A DNA stretch of 64,000 nucleotides from an uncultured Clostridia bacterium (GCA_964498995.1 CAZCIZ010000001.1:41479-105478); one strand, 5' to 3'; positions 12,577 to 22,941 are shown, counted from the stretch's first letter. Notes: generated by a model not told the origin, from the sequence alone. Program-made: numbers and translations.

Positions 12577-12960
12577 TTACTTAACCTCTGCACTTCCACC
12601 AGCTTCCTCTATCTTCTCTTTAAGTTCTTCAGCATCCTCTTTGCTCGCTTTTTCTTTCACTGTATTTGGCAAGTCATCAGCCATGGCTTTTGCATCTTTT
12701 AAGCCAACACCTGTAGCTTCTTTAATGGTCTTTATAACCTGAATTTTCTTTTGTCCTGGATCCGTCAATACTACATCGAACTCTGTCTGCTCTTCTTCTC
12801 CTCCACCTTGGTCTTCAGGTTGTGCTGCAGGTGCTCCTGCCATTGCTACTGGAGCAGAAGCGCTCACTCCAAATTCATCTTCCATGGTTTTAACAAGCTC
12901 TGATAGCTCCAATACACTCATTTCTTTAACAATATCCAAAACTTCTTGTACTTTAGACAT
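12577..12960 (-). CDS. rplL: 50S ribosomal protein L7/L12
   Basis: 127 aa. Ala/Pro/Glu hinge and a C-terminal domain ending ...GGSAEVK. Lies downstream of rplJ. Confidence 0.95.
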   Translation of the reverse strand: MSKVQEVLDIVKEMSVLELSELVKTMEDEFGVSASAPVAMAGAPAAQPEDQGGGEEEQTEFDVVLTDPGQKKIQVIKTIKEATGVGLKDAKAMADDLPNTVKEKASKEDAEELKEKIEEAGGSAEVK

Positions 12961-12998
12961 ATTAAAATAACCTCCTCCATAATTTTTGGTTTAAGTTT

Positions 12999-13535
12999 TT
13001 ATGCTTCTCCTTCTTCTTCTCGCTTCTGTCTCAAGGCCTCTAATGCATAGACAAAATTGTTTATATTGCCCTGGGCAGCAACGACAAAGTTTCTAATTGG
13101 CGCCTGTAATACACCAACCACCTGTCCTAGCAGTTCATCTCTACCTGGTAGGTCAGCCAGTTCTTTAACCTTCTCCTGGTCTATTGCTGTATTTTCCAAA
13201 ATACCTGCTTTTAGTTCCAATTTGTCGTTTTCCTTAGAGAATTCCTTTATCAGTTTTGCTGGCGAGACAGGATCGTCATATCCCAAGGCGATTCCCACTG
13301 GACCTACCAGATATTCATCCAGGCCTTCAATTTCCACTTCATCTGCAGCTATCTTAGCCAGATTGTTCTTTACAACTTTAAATTCAAGCCCATTTTCTCT
13401 AAGTTTATCCCTCAACTTACTTATCTGTTCTACATCTAATCCCCTATAGTCAGCAAGGGCTGCACCCTCTATTTTAGAAAACTTCTCTTTCAACTCCTGG
13501 ACAATTTCTTCTTTTTCATGTCTTTTCTTGGGCAC
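12999..13535 (-). CDS. rplJ: 50S ribosomal protein L10
   Basis: L10-like sequence. Start moved to GTG (VPKKRHEKEE), 5 nt after GAGGGGGTGA. Located upstream of rplL. Confidence 0.92.
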   Translation of the reverse strand: MPKKRHEKEEIVQELKEKFSKIEGAALADYRGLDVEQISKLRDKLRENGLEFKVVKNNLAKIAADEVEIEGLDEYLVGPVGIALGYDDPVSPAKLIKEFSKENDKLELKAGILENTAIDQEKVKELADLPGRDELLGQVVGVLQAPIRNFVVAAQGNINNFVYALEALRQKREEEGEA

Positions 13536-13553
13536 TATTTCACCCCCTCTCAA

Positions 13554-13763
13554 AATCGCATCTACCCAAATTGCTCTGCATTAAAAAAAGGTCTCCTCGT
13601 AAACAGCAGGCGAAGACCTTGGTCAGAATACATAAATGCTTCTGATGGCTAGTTACTCCAACCTCGGCAGGCAAATTTAAACCTTCAAAAGAAAGGTACC
13701 TACTGTCTACGGTTTGAATTTCGTAATAATATTTAGTTTTAATAGTTTAAATTAAAACCAACC
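13554..13763 (-). promoter_or_regulatory. Putative L10 (rplJ) leader with attenuator hairpin
   Basis: 210-nt untranslated spacer between rplA and rplJ. The minus strand carries a GGTCT..AGACC hairpin (about 13590-13620) followed by TTTTTTT. This position matches the known Firmicute L10 leader; the fold was not verified. Confidence 0.45.
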
Positions 13764-14453
13764 TCAATATTTATAATCAACCTTAATGGCAGGACCCATG
13801 GTGGGCGATACCGATACATTTCTGATATACTGTCCTTTAGATGCAGCCGGTTTTGCTTTAACTAGAGCATCCATTACTGTATTGAAATTCTCCAAAAGCT
13901 TTTCTGGTTCAAAGGAAACCTTGCCGATTGGTACATGTATGTTTCCTGATCTATCCACCTTAAATTCTATCTTTCCTGCTTTTGAATCTTCTACTGCCTT
14001 TCCAACATCCTGGGTTACAGTGCCTGATTTAGGATTGGGCATCAAACCCTTAGGCCCCAATATCTTCCCTAGCTTACCTACAACACTCATCATATCAGGT
14101 GTAGCGATTGCAATGTCAAAATCTAAAAAACCGTTTTCTATTTTGGCAGCCAGGTCTTCATCACCAACGATATCCGCCCCGGCATCTTCTGCCTCTTTAG
14201 CTTTCTCACCTTTAGCAAATACTAAGACTCTAACAGATTTCCCGGTCCCATGAGGTAGAACCACAGAACCTCTAACCTGTTGATCATTATATTTGGGGTT
14301 TACGCCCAGCCTGACCGCCAATTCCACAGTCTCATCAAAATTAGCACTGGCTGCTTCCTTAACCTTTTTCATAACCTCCATAGGCTCATGTTTTTCATGT
14401 TTATCTAGTTTGCTCTCTAATTCTTCAATTCGCTTACTCTTTGCTTTTGCCAT
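13764..14453 (-). CDS. rplA: 50S ribosomal protein L1
   Basis: 229 aa, typical L1 sequence, in the rplK-rplA order. Confidence 0.96.
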   Translation of the reverse strand: MAKAKSKRIEELESKLDKHEKHEPMEVMKKVKEAASANFDETVELAVRLGVNPKYNDQQVRGSVVLPHGTGKSVRVLVFAKGEKAKEAEDAGADIVGDEDLAAKIENGFLDFDIAIATPDMMSVVGKLGKILGPKGLMPNPKSGTVTQDVGKAVEDSKAGKIEFKVDRSGNIHVPIGKVSFEPEKLLENFNTVMDALVKAKPAASKGQYIRNVSVSPTMGPAIKVDYKY

Positions 14454-14556
14454 TTTATCTTACCCTCCTAGTGGTTCAAGCGATTTATGTCTCCCACTGT
14501 ATTAATAAATAACTATTTTACATCTAAAACCAATAACCTATCTTTTTCAGCATTTA

Positions 14557-14982
14557 TTAACTCTCTACCTTAATCCCCATGCTTCTTGCAGTGCCTTCAA
14601 GCATCCTGATAGCAGCCTCTACATCGGTAGTATTTAAATCCTGCATCTTTAGTTCTGCAATTTCCTTTACTTTATCCCTGGGGACAGTTGCTACTGTTTC
14701 CTTGCCGGCTTCTCCACTTGCCTTATCTACTCCTGCAGCTTCTTTAATTAGCACAGACGCAGGGGGTGTTTTGGTTATAAATGTAAAAGACTTATCCTCG
14801 TATACGGTTATCTCAACAGGTATAATCATACCAGCTTGATCAGATGTCTTTTCGTTAAATTCCTTACAAAAAGCCATAATGTTGACACCATGCTGACCAA
14901 GGGCTGGCCCAACGGGTGGAGAAGGGTCTGCTTTCCCAGCAGGGATCTGCAACTTGATTACCTGCTCTACCTTTTTCGCCAT
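14557..14982 (-). CDS. rplK: 50S ribosomal protein L11
   Basis: Start at [18 protein letters not shown] (ATG 14982), preceded by GGAGGTGA. Typical L11 N-terminus. Confidence 0.96.
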   Translation of the reverse strand: MAKKVEQVIKLQIPAGKADPSPPVGPALGQHGVNIMAFCKEFNEKTSDQAGMIIPVEITVYEDKSFTFITKTPPASVLIKEAAGVDKASGEAGKETVATVPRDKVKEIAELKMQDLNTTDVEAAIRMLEGTARSMGIKVES

Positions 14983-15048
14983 TTTCTGTCTCACCTCCAT
15001 TCATACAAACAACCAAATTAACTTAAATATCAAGTTAATATTTCAAAT

Positions 15049-15579
15049 TTAACCCATTTTTTCTACTTGGTTGAATTCCAACTCTACAGGTGTTTCACGT
15101 CCAAACATAGATACTAAAACCTTTAGCTTTTCCTTCTCTGGATAAATCTCTTCTATACTGCCCTCAAAGTTTTCAAATGGACCTTCTAATATTTTTACAC
15201 TTTCACCTTGTGAAAAATCAACCCTAACCTGTTTATCCTTTATTCCCATATCTTTCATTACGTTTTCGATTTCTTGCTCGCTTAGAGGAACAGGTTTAGT
15301 TCCAGAACCTACAAATCCTGTTACACCAGGGGTGTTCCGTACAACATACCATGAATCATCCTGCATTACCATTTCGACCAAGACATATCCAGGAAATATC
15401 ATTTTTTGTTGAGTTTTTTTCTTACCATCTTTATATTCCACCTGGGATTCTGTAGGAACTAGCACCCTGAAAATTTTATCGTACATCTGCATAGACTCAA
15501 CCCTTTTTTCCAGGTTGGTCTTCACCTTGTTTTCATAACCCGAATATGTGTGGACAACGTACCATCGTCTTTCGCTCAT
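15049..15579 (-). CDS. nusG: Transcription termination/antitermination factor NusG
   Basis: Start at MSERRWYVVHTYSGYENKV. NGN and KOW domains present. secE-nusG-rplK context. Confidence 0.94.
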   Translation of the reverse strand: MSERRWYVVHTYSGYENKVKTNLEKRVESMQMYDKIFRVLVPTESQVEYKDGKKKTQQKMIFPGYVLVEMVMQDDSWYVVRNTPGVTGFVGSGTKPVPLSEQEIENVMKDMGIKDKQVRVDFSQGESVKILEGPFENFEGSIEEIYPEKEKLKVLVSMFGRETPVELEFNQVEKMG

Positions 15580-15646
15580 AAAGCACCAGGGACAATCCTG
15601 TCCTGTCCCCCCTCTCAAACTTTTATTATTTCTGACCAAAAAACAG

Positions 15647-15841
15647 CTATATTATAAGCTGAATGATGGCTAAAAATCCAGTATCCAAAATCCAAAAATA
15701 AACCCCTATGATTGCAACAGTCACCAGGACTACACCTGTGTATACCACAAGCTGATGCCTTTTAGGCCAATTTACTTTCTTAAGTTCACTGCGGGTTTCT
15801 CCTAAGAACTTTTTGATTCTATTAAATTGCTTCTTTAGCAT
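15647..15841 (-). CDS. secE: Preprotein translocase subunit SecE
   Basis: Small single-TM protein with ...ELKKVNWP... followed by a hydrophobic helix. Lies between rpmG and nusG. Start set at MLKKQF. Confidence 0.85.
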   Translation of the reverse strand: MLKKQFNRIKKFLGETRSELKKVNWPKRHQLVVYTGVVLVTVAIIGVYFWILDTGFLAIIQLII

Positions 15842-15885
15842 TAAATCACATCCTTTGCTCCTGTCAACTCTGATTATCAACTTTT

Positions 15886-16035
15886 CTATTTTGTTTCTTT
15901 ATGAGGAGTATGTCTCATGCAAAACCTGCAGTACTTCTTAATTTCCAGCCTGTCTCTATTCGTCTGCTTATTCTTGGTTGTCATGTAATTTCTTTGTTTA
16001 CATCCTGTGCATTCAAGGGTAATCTTATCCCGCAT
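15886..16035 (-). CDS. rpmG: 50S ribosomal protein L33 (Cys4 zinc form)
   Basis: Not in the ORF track (49 aa). My manual translation is [59 protein letters not shown] upstream. Confidence 0.9.
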   Translation of the reverse strand: MRDKITLECTGCKQRNYMTTKNKQTNRDRLEIKKYCRFCMRHTPHKETK

Positions 16036-16099
16036 TTTTATTTGCACCCCCTACTCTATCTCTTCCTCTGTAGCTTTAATTCTCCACAATCACTTAAAA

Positions 16100-16128
16100 A
16101 AATCTATCATAATAAGCCACTCATGTCA
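16100..16128 (-). promoter_or_regulatory. Candidate sigma-A promoter for rpmG-secE-nusG
   Basis: Minus strand reads TTGACA - 17 nt - TAGATT. It sits between the tuf terminator and rpmG. Confidence 0.45.
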
Positions 16129-16171
16129 ACATCATAAAGCAAAAATATATTAAAGATTAGGTCTTTAAAGA

Positions 16172-16200
16172 ATATAAAAGCCAGGACAATTGCCCTGGCT
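16172..16200 (-). terminator. Intrinsic terminator after tuf copy 2
   Basis: Minus strand reads AGCCAGG-gcaattgt-CCTGGCT followed by TTTTAT. Confidence 0.7.
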
Positions 16201-16237
16201 CCTGTTAACATTGAAAAAGTAATTTAAACTAAAACCT

Positions 16238-17440
16238 TTACTCAATGATACTTGCAACTACACCTGCACCAACAGTACGGCCACCTTCTCGAATGGCAAA
16301 TCTGAGACCCTCTTCTATGGCTATGGGCGTGATCAATTTGATCTCCATCTCTACGTTGTCTCCAGGCATTACCATCTCTACCCCTTCTGGTAGTTCTGTA
16401 ACTCCTGTTACGTCAGTGGTCCTAAAGTAAAACTGGGGACGGTATCCAGAGAAAAACGGCGTATGACGACCGCCTTCCTCTTTCTTCAATACATACACCT
16501 CGGCCTTAAAGTGGGTATGAGGCTTGATACTTCCCGGCTTGGCAAGGACCTGACCCCTCTCTACTTGTTCTTTGTCTATTCCCCTCATTAACGCTCCTAT
16601 ATTGTCACCGGCTTCGGCATAGTCCATATGCTTGCGAAACATCTCTACTCCTGTTACTACCGTCTTCTTGGGACGCTCTGCCATACCTACTATCTCTGCT
16701 TCGTCTCCTACATTTACCTTGCCTCTCTCTACACGACCTGTCGCAACTGTACCCCTGCCGGTGATGCTGAATATATCCTCGATTGGCATCAAAAACGGTT
16801 TCTCTGTATCTCTCTCCGGCGTGGGAATATAATTGTCTATCGCATCTATTAGCTCCCAGATTGGTTTACAAGCTTCGCAGTCTCGGCTGCCACAACCACA
16901 TTCTAATGCTTTAAGGGCTGATCCCGTTATAACAGGAGTCTCGTCCCCGGCAAAATCATACTCATTCAATAGATCCCTGACTTCCATATCTACTAGTTCC
17001 AACAGTTCTTCATCGTCTACCATATCAGCCTTGTTTAAAAATACTACTATATACGGTACCCCTACCTGACGAGACAATAGTATATGCTCGCGAGTCTGGG
17101 GCATCGGACCGTCTGCTGCACTTACTACCAGCACTGAACCGTCCATCTGGGCCGCTCCAGTAATCATGTTCTTTACATAGTCTGCGTGACCGGGACAGTC
17201 CACATGAGCATAGTGACGGGTGTCTGATTCGTACTCCACATGGGCTGTACTTATAGTGATTCCACGTTCCTTCTCCTCAGGAGCCCTGTCGATCTCGTCA
17301 AATTCCTTTACCTCGGTACTTCCTTCTGAGGATAGCACCCTGGTGATCGCTGCAGTCAATGTCGTCTTGCCGTGGTCTACGTGACCTATGGTTCCTATAT
17401 TTACGTGGGGCTTTGTCCTTTCAAATTTTTGTTTTGCCAT
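16238..17440 (-). CDS. tuf: Elongation factor Tu, copy 2 (complete)
   Basis: 400 aa. [14 protein letters not shown] and NKAD motifs. Lies downstream of a tRNA cluster, a tufB-like arrangement. Confidence 0.98.
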   Translation of the reverse strand: MAKQKFERTKPHVNIGTIGHVDHGKTTLTAAITRVLSSEGSTEVKEFDEIDRAPEEKERGITISTAHVEYESDTRHYAHVDCPGHADYVKNMITGAAQMDGSVLVVSAADGPMPQTREHILLSRQVGVPYIVVFLNKADMVDDEELLELVDMEVRDLLNEYDFAGDETPVITGSALKALECGCGSRDCEACKPIWELIDAIDNYIPTPERDTEKPFLMPIEDIFSITGRGTVATGRVERGKVNVGDEAEIVGMAERPKKTVVTGVEMFRKHMDYAEAGDNIGALMRGIDKEQVERGQVLAKPGSIKPHTHFKAEVYVLKKEEGGRHTPFFSGYRPQFYFRTTDVTGVTELPEGVEMVMPGDNVEMEIKLITPIAIEEGLRFAIREGGRTVGAGVVASIIE

Positions 17441-17669
17441 GCTCCAAACCTCCCTATATTATAGATTTTTTACCTTTTTATTTACCAAAATTGTTCGATC
17501 AAAACTGCCTTCAAACATGTTTTATCGGTTATTGACAACACACTATAAATATGTATTTTGCTCAAGACAATTTTACCTTATGCAAGTTTTATATTTAAAT
17601 TAAAAAAATCCTTCAAAAAAACAAAAAAAATTTACTTAAAAAAATTCTATTTATTTAGTTTGTTTTAAA

Positions 17670-17746
17670 TGGTGGCGGCGCAGGGAGTCGAACCCCGGAC
17701 ACTGCGGGTATGAACCGCATGCTCTAGCCACCTGAGCTACGCCGCC
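17670..17746 (-). tRNA. tRNA-Met (CAT), elongator type
   Basis: Reverse complement is GGCGGCGTAGCTCAGGTGGCTAGAGC...GGTTCATACCC...GGTTCGACTCC...CGCCGCCACCA. Cloverleaf folded by hand; CCA is encoded. Confidence 0.85.
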
Positions 17747-17755
17747 AAATTACAC

Positions 17756-17831
17756 TGGAGCTCACGACCGGATTTGAACCGGTGACCTCATCCTTACCAA
17801 GGATGCGCTCTGACCCCTGAGCTACGTGAGC
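17756..17831 (-). tRNA. tRNA-Thr (GGT)
   Basis: Reverse complement is GCTCACGTAGCTCAGGGGTCAGAGCGCATCCTTGGTAAGGATG...GGTTCAAATCC...GTGAGCTCCA. Anticodon loop TTGGTAA. Confidence 0.85.
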
Positions 17832-17835
17832 ATGT

Positions 17836-17913
<78 letters not shown>

Positions 17914-17926
17914 TCATAGCAGATAA

Positions 17927-18000
17927 TGGAGCGGGTGATGGGAATCGAACCCACACGACTGGCTTGGAAGGCCAGGGCTCTGCCATTGAGCTACACCCGC
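17927..18000 (-). tRNA. tRNA-Gly (TCC)
   Basis: Reverse complement is GCGGGTGTAGCTCAATGGCAGAGCCCTGGCCTTCCAAGCCAG...GGTTCGATTCC...CCCGCTCCA. Confidence 0.85.
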
Positions 18001-18005
18001 ATCCA

Positions 18006-18093
18006 TGGTGGAGAGGGAAGGATTCGAACCTTCGAAGGCTTACGCCAGCAGATTTACAGTCTGCCCCCTTTGGCCAGACTCGGGTACCTCTCC
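18006..18093 (-). tRNA. tRNA-Tyr (GTA), long variable arm
   Basis: Reverse complement is GGAGAGGTACCCGAGTCTGGCCAAAGGGGGCAGACTGTAAATCTGC...GGTTCGAATCC...CTCTCCACCA. Confidence 0.85.
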
Positions 18094-18119
18094 GTTTATT
18101 GCTCCTGAGAGCATTTGTA

Positions 18120-18148
18120 ATTATACATCCTTGCAATTAAAAAGTCAA
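18120..18148 (-). promoter_or_regulatory. Near-consensus sigma-A promoter for the tRNA-tuf operon
   Basis: Minus strand reads TTGACT - 17 nt - TATAAT, ending about 27 nt upstream of tRNA-Tyr. Confidence 0.75.
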
Positions 18149-18174
18149 CATATTATTCCCAATAAAAATTCACT

Positions 18175-18205
18175 TTCTACCACTTTCTACCATTGAATTC
18201 TACCA
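18175..18205 (-). repeat. Three direct TGGTAGAA repeats upstream of the tRNA-tuf promoter
   Basis: Plus strand has TTCTACCA at 18175, 18185 and 18198 (spacing 10 and 13 nt), 27-57 nt upstream of the -35 element. Confidence 0.8.
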
Positions 18206-18257
18206 TTTTCCCAGGCATTGTTCTAGCATTAATTATTGTTCAGTTTTGAGCCGGATA

Positions 18258-18911
18258 TTATTCTCTTTTCTTCAAGTACCTTTCGAGCTTTCTCTTTACC
18301 CTTTGAAGTGCATTGTCGATAGATTTGATGTGTCTGTTCAATTCCACTGCAATTTCTTGATAGCTTTTGCCTTCAAGATAGAGCATCAGCACCCTCCACT
18401 CCAAAGAGCTTAGTATTTCGCTCATCTTCAATTCGATATCACTGTACTCTTCACGATTGACCATTAAATCTTCTGGATCTGTAATTCTTATCCCAGAAAT
18501 CACGTCTAATAAAGTCCTATCGGAATCCTCATCATAGATCGGCTTATCCAAAGAAACATAAGAGTTAAGGGGTATATGCTTCTGTCTGGTGGCAGTTTTT
18601 ATTGCCGTTATGATTTGACGAGTAATACATAGCTCCGCAAAGGCTTTAAAAGACGATAGCTTGTCCCCACGAAAGTCGCGAATTGCCTTGTATAAGCCAA
18701 TCATGCCTTCTTGAATGATGTCTTCTCGGTCAGCTCCAATCAAAAAGTATGATCTTGCCTTTGCCCTAACGAAGTTTTTGTACTTGCCGATCAAAAACTC
18801 CAATGCATCATAATTACCTTCCCTGGCCTCCCAAGCGACCTCTTCATCCTCCATGAGATCATACTTGTCATAAAGTTCTTGGGCGCTTTGACTCACAAGC
18901 ATCGCCTCCAC
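18258..18911 (-). CDS. sigH: RNA polymerase sporulation sigma factor SigH
   Basis: 217 aa ECF-like sigma-70 regions 2 and 4 with high similarity to Firmicute SigH. Conserved position next to yacP. The start could be GTG 18911 or ATG 18902. Confidence 0.9.
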   Translation of the reverse strand: MEAMLVSQSAQELYDKYDLMEDEEVAWEAREGNYDALEFLIGKYKNFVRAKARSYFLIGADREDIIQEGMIGLYKAIRDFRGDKLSSFKAFAELCITRQIITAIKTATRQKHIPLNSYVSLDKPIYDEDSDRTLLDVISGIRITDPEDLMVNREEYSDIELKMSEILSSLEWRVLMLYLEGKSYQEIAVELNRHIKSIDNALQRVKRKLERYLKKRE

Positions 18912-19003
18912 CCTATTATTTTAAAACCTAGCTCAAAGGTACATCCCTTCCCACCACAACGTAATTATACCGTAACCCTGAATGAACAGTCAAGGAAAGG
19001 AAA

Positions 19004-19537
19004 CTATTCCCCCTTTCTTTTTCTTAAATTTTCTAACTTTTGAAAAATATTATCATCAACATTATTGACCAAAGAGCATCTTTGATTTTTATATTCTACT
19101 TTGTTGATATAATCCTTCCTGAGCTCATGTTTGTGCTGTTTTATCCTGTTTACCAGTTCTCTAGCTGACAACCTCAGTGCACCTTTTCCCATAACCAACC
19201 GCTGTTCCAACCAATCCGATGTTGCTACCTCCAATTTTTCCTCGGAGGTAAAGTCATAAACCATGGCTTCTATAACCTTATCCGCAGTTTCCTTTTCCTT
19301 TGTGTATATAACCCAAACACCGTCCACCTTTTCTTTGCTGCCTTTACTATTTTTATTATAATATGCATCAAAAACAACGATTATATCTTCCCATAATATT
19401 CCTTTACAGTCAGATAGCTTTTCAATCAATGCTTCCCGCCCAAATTCCAGGTCATCTTGAGCCAATGATTTTAATTCCTGCCATGCATTTATAATATTAT
19501 ATCCATCGACAATTAGGCATTTGCCCAATTTTAACAC
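19004..19537 (-). CDS. NYN-domain ribonuclease YacP/Rae1 family
   Basis: 177 aa with an LIVDGYNIINAW N-terminus. Conserved position between rlmB and sigH. Confidence 0.8.
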   Translation of the reverse strand: MLKLGKCLIVDGYNIINAWQELKSLAQDDLEFGREALIEKLSDCKGILWEDIIVVFDAYYNKNSKGSKEKVDGVWVIYTKEKETADKVIEAMVYDFTSEEKLEVATSDWLEQRLVMGKGALRLSARELVNRIKQHKHELRKDYINKVEYKNQRCSLVNNVDDNIFQKLENLRKRKGE

Positions 19538-19564
19538 TCCGATCTAGCTCTACTAGTCATAACC

Positions 19565-20314
19565 CTAGCCAAGCCTCTGTCTCATGACTTCATATAAGAG
19601 GATACTACAGGCAGTTGAAACGTTTAATGAATTGATCTTTCCAAACATTGGTATTTTTGCAAGATGGTCGCACTTTTCCCTTATATTTCTACTCAGGCCC
19701 CTACCTTCATTTCCCATTACCAGTACCGTGGGCATATCATAGTTAAGTTTATAAAATTCCTGTTTCCCATCACCCTCGCAGCCGACTACCCAAAGCCATT
19801 TTTTCTGTAAATCCATGATGGTTCTGGATATATTGCTGACTTTCGCTATCTCAACATACTCCACCGCTCCGCTAGATGCTTTAAAAACAGAAGGGGTAAT
19901 ATCACTAGCTCTTTTCTTTGGTATTATTATGCCATGGGCACCAACAGCTTCTACCGACCTAATAATAGCCCCTAAATTCTGAGGGTCCTGAATATGGTCC
20001 AGTATGACCATTAATGGATGTTCTTGTTTTTTCTTTGCCTTTTCCAAGATCACTTCAACAGAAGAATATATATACGGTTCACAATGAGCTATAACACCCT
20101 GATGTTCCCTGGACTTAGCCTCTTTTGCCAGCTTGTTTTTATCCACTGATTCTATATTTATTTTATGGTCCTTATTGTCAACACAGGTTTTTAAACCAAT
20201 ATCTTCTAAAATCTTCCCTTCATTGCCCTCGTTTAGTTGGATTTTATGTATTTTCCTGCCAGCCTTTATGGCTTCTTTAACCGGGTTTTTCCCATAAATT
20301 GTAATTGAGTTCAA
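19565..20314 (-). CDS. rlmB: 23S rRNA 2'-O-ribose methyltransferase, RlmB/TrmH (SpoU) family
   Basis: SpoU motifs (LDHIQDPQNLGAIIRS, LVMGNEGRGL). Conserved synteny. Confidence 0.85.
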   Translation of the reverse strand: MNSITIYGKNPVKEAIKAGRKIHKIQLNEGNEGKILEDIGLKTCVDNKDHKINIESVDKNKLAKEAKSREHQGVIAHCEPYIYSSVEVILEKAKKKQEHPLMVILDHIQDPQNLGAIIRSVEAVGAHGIIIPKKRASDITPSVFKASSGAVEYVEIAKVSNISRTIMDLQKKWLWVVGCEGDGKQEFYKLNYDMPTVLVMGNEGRGLSRNIREKCDHLAKIPMFGKINSLNVSTACSILLYEVMRQRLG

Positions 20315-20359
20315 CGAAAAGCCTCCACCTCATTCTTGTCTTGTTATCCAAGCTTCTTG

Positions 20360-21052
20360 CTAATCTTCCTTGATATTCTCTTTTGCTAGCAAAATTTTAT
20401 ATCTGCCACAACTTTTTTCTCCTTCAGTACAATCTTTTGTCATGTCACATTCTGCACCAACATTTTCAAAAACATGAGGGCTAACTTCTTGCACTCTTTC
20501 TAACATTCTCCAGGCCAGCTCTCTAATTTCCCACTGGGCCCTTATACAACACCTTAGCTTGAAAAAGTTCATCAGGCTCCTGGCATTAAAAGTAGCAACA
20601 AGTTTGGTTTCACAGGCATTTGGCAGTACATACCTGGCATCTTCTTTAGGAACTTTTTCAGCAAGGGTTTTATATTTGTCCTTGATTTCAGCCATTATTT
20701 CCTGATATATCTTTTTAGCTTCTTCATTCTCACCTATGCTGGGAGGAATAATGAACTCAAAACCTGTCTCGGAAACATATCTCTGAGATTTTTGTGAATA
20801 ACTAGCGATTCTATGCCTCACAAGCTGATGGGATAAAGCCCTGCTAACACCTTCAATACCAAAGGTAAAGCTAATGTGTTCAAAGGGGGATGTATGCCCT
20901 ACTTGTTTTAATTTTCCAATCAATTTTCCAACTTCTTTGTCGCTCATATTTTCGTATAAGTCCTTAACACTGCTGCTAGAATAACACAACCTGGCCGAAG
21001 CGGCGATAACTTGATCCGGTTCAGGTGTATGGCTGATCAACCAAACCTCCAT
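20360..21052 (-). CDS. thyX: Flavin-dependent thymidylate synthase
   Basis: 230 aa with the ThyX signature RHRIASYSQKSQRY. Confidence 0.93.
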   Translation of the reverse strand: MEVWLISHTPEPDQVIAASARLCYSSSSVKDLYENMSDKEVGKLIGKLKQVGHTSPFEHISFTFGIEGVSRALSHQLVRHRIASYSQKSQRYVSETGFEFIIPPSIGENEEAKKIYQEIMAEIKDKYKTLAEKVPKEDARYVLPNACETKLVATFNARSLMNFFKLRCCIRAQWEIRELAWRMLERVQEVSPHVFENVGAECDMTKDCTEGEKSCGRYKILLAKENIKED

Positions 21053-21118
21053 ATAAAATCTCTCCCTTGTTATAAACTAAATTAGCTAACTTATTAAGCA
21101 AGGCAAGGTGCAAGAAGT

Positions 21119-21511
21119 CTATTCCCGGTTTATTAATGAGGTAATCCTATCCCTTTCACCTGTAAGGTACAAATAACCTATGAGGGCTTCTAGGGCAGTA
21201 GCCTTTCGATAAGTTGAAATATCCACGTTCTTTGGACACCCGTTCAGTTTGGTGTTTCTGGTTCTTCTGACAATGGAGTCTTCATCCTTTTCTAGATAAG
21301 GCTTAATCCTATCAAGGAACTCAGCCTGAGACTCTGCTCTGACCTTCTCCACAGTGTTTTTGTGCAATTCATCTACTCTTTTATGTTGGCAGAGGAGTTT
21401 GCTTCTTACAACAAGCTCGTATACGGCATCACCAATATAAGCTAAGGTCAATACAGGTAACTGATTAGCCTCTTTTTTGGTTTTTGATCTGTTTTTTTCT
21501 CCTATCATCAA
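21119..21511 (-). CDS. mrnC: Mini-ribonuclease III
   Basis: 130 aa with the LAYIGDAVYEL motif. Overlaps the cysS stop by 4 nt, as in other Firmicutes. Confidence 0.88.
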   Translation of the reverse strand: MMIGEKNRSKTKKEANQLPVLTLAYIGDAVYELVVRSKLLCQHKRVDELHKNTVEKVRAESQAEFLDRIKPYLEKDEDSIVRRTRNTKLNGCPKNVDISTYRKATALEALIGYLYLTGERDRITSLINRE

Positions 21512-22941
21512 TTCATCCTTTTCCAGCGTGCTCCCTGGGGGGTGTCTTCAATTATTATACCCTTCTCTTTAAGCTGATCCCTTATTGCATCTGCTGTGGC
21601 GAAATCCTTTTCCTTTCGCGCCCTATCCCTCTTTTCTATCATTTCCCAAATCTCATCTTCAAGAAGTTCATCATACTCGGACTGATCAAATTTCATTGGA
21701 AAAATACCAAGAACTTCATCAATCATATCCAGTTCATAACTGATTTCACTCAACACCATCGCATTAATCCTTTCCCTAGATAGGTAATTATTCACTTCCC
21801 TTATGAGGGTAAAAATTGAAGCGAGAGCATCAGCCGTATTTAAGTCATCACACATTGCAGCATCAAATTGATGCACCTGGTTTTGTAAGATATCTAGCAT
21901 TCTTTCATCGGCTTCATCTTTTTTGTCGAGGTCTTCTGAAGTTTTCATAGCATGAAGGAAGTTTGAATGGAAATTGTTTATTCTTTCCACACTGCTTATG
22001 GACTGTTCCAACAACTCATCGTTAAAGTTTAGCGGGCTCCTATAGTGAGCATTAAGGAGAAAAAATCTCAATACCCTGGGATCATACTTCTGTCTAAAAT
22101 CTCTGACTGTCATAAAATTCCCCAGGGATTTTGACATTTTTTTCTCATCGAACTTAAGATAACCTACATGCATCCAGTAATTACAGAAGGTCCTACCAGT
22201 GGCGCCCTCACTTTGAGCGATTTCATTTTCATGGTGAGGAAATTCCAAATCAGAGCCACCTGCGTGTATATCAAAGGGATTTTCTAGGTATTTTAAGCTC
22301 ATTGCCGAGCATTCTATATGCCAGCCTGGCCTGCCTTTGCCCCAGGGGCTTTCCCAATAAGGTTCTCCAGGCTTATATGCCTTCCAAAGAACAAAATCCA
22401 AAGGATTTTTCTTTTTTCCTATTTCTTCTTCTGATACCCTGGTGCTGTTTTCTAGCTCATCTAAATCCTGCTTACAAAGCTTGCCGTATTCATCGTAGTT
22501 AGAAATGTCAAAAAATACGTCTCCTTCTGACTCATATGCATAACCTTTTTCAAGGAGTCGCTGAATTAAGTCAATTATTTCTTCAACATGATGAGTTGCT
22601 CTTGGTTGATAATCTGCATCTCTAACACCTATTGCCCTAGCATCTTCTAGATAAGCTTCTATAAATTTCTCTGCAAGTTCTTCCACCGAAATCGACAATT
22701 CTTCAGCCCTCTTTATCATCTTGTCTTCGATATCTGTAAAGTTTTGTACATAGGTAACATTGTAGCCTTTATACTCAAAGAACCTTCTAATCACATCGAA
22801 TATTAGAAAAGCCCTGGCATTTCCCAAGTGAAAATAGTCATAAACAGTAGGGCCGCAAACGTACATTTTGACTTTACCTTCTTCCACAGGCTTAAAGATT
22901 TCCTTTTCTCTTTTTAAGCTATTATAAATTCTTATGCTCAT
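21508..22941 (-). CDS. cysS: Cysteine--tRNA ligase
   Basis: 477 aa with HLGNAR (HIGH) and KMSKS motifs. Confidence 0.97.
   Translation of the reverse strand: MSIRIYNSLKREKEIFKPVEEGKVKMYVCGPTVYDYFHLGNARAFLIFDVIRRFFEYKGYNVTYVQNFTDIEDKMIKRAEELSISVEELAEKFIEAYLEDARAIGVRDADYQPRATHHVEEIIDLIQRLLEKGYAYESEGDVFFDISNYDEYGKLCKQDLDELENSTRVSEEEIGKKKNPLDFVLWKAYKPGEPYWESPWGKGRPGWHIECSAMSLKYLENPFDIHAGGSDLEFPHHENEIAQSEGATGRTFCNYWMHVGYLKFDEKKMSKSLGNFMTVRDFRQKYDPRVLRFFLLNAHYRSPLNFNDELLEQSISSVERINNFHSNFLHAMKTSEDLDKKDEADERMLDILQNQVHQFDAAMCDDLNTADALASIFTLIREVNNYLSRERINAMVLSEISYELDMIDEVLGIFPMKFDQSEYDELLEDEIWEMIEKRDRARKEKDFATADAIRDQLKEKGIIIEDTPQGARWKRMN

Noticed and set aside
14454-14556. Possible L1-binding regulatory structure in the rplK-rplA spacer (CAGTGG...CCACTAG stem with a GGGAGAC loop).
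   Set aside because: The stem is only 5 bp, and I cannot verify similarity to the 23S L1-stalk site by eye. Support is insufficient.
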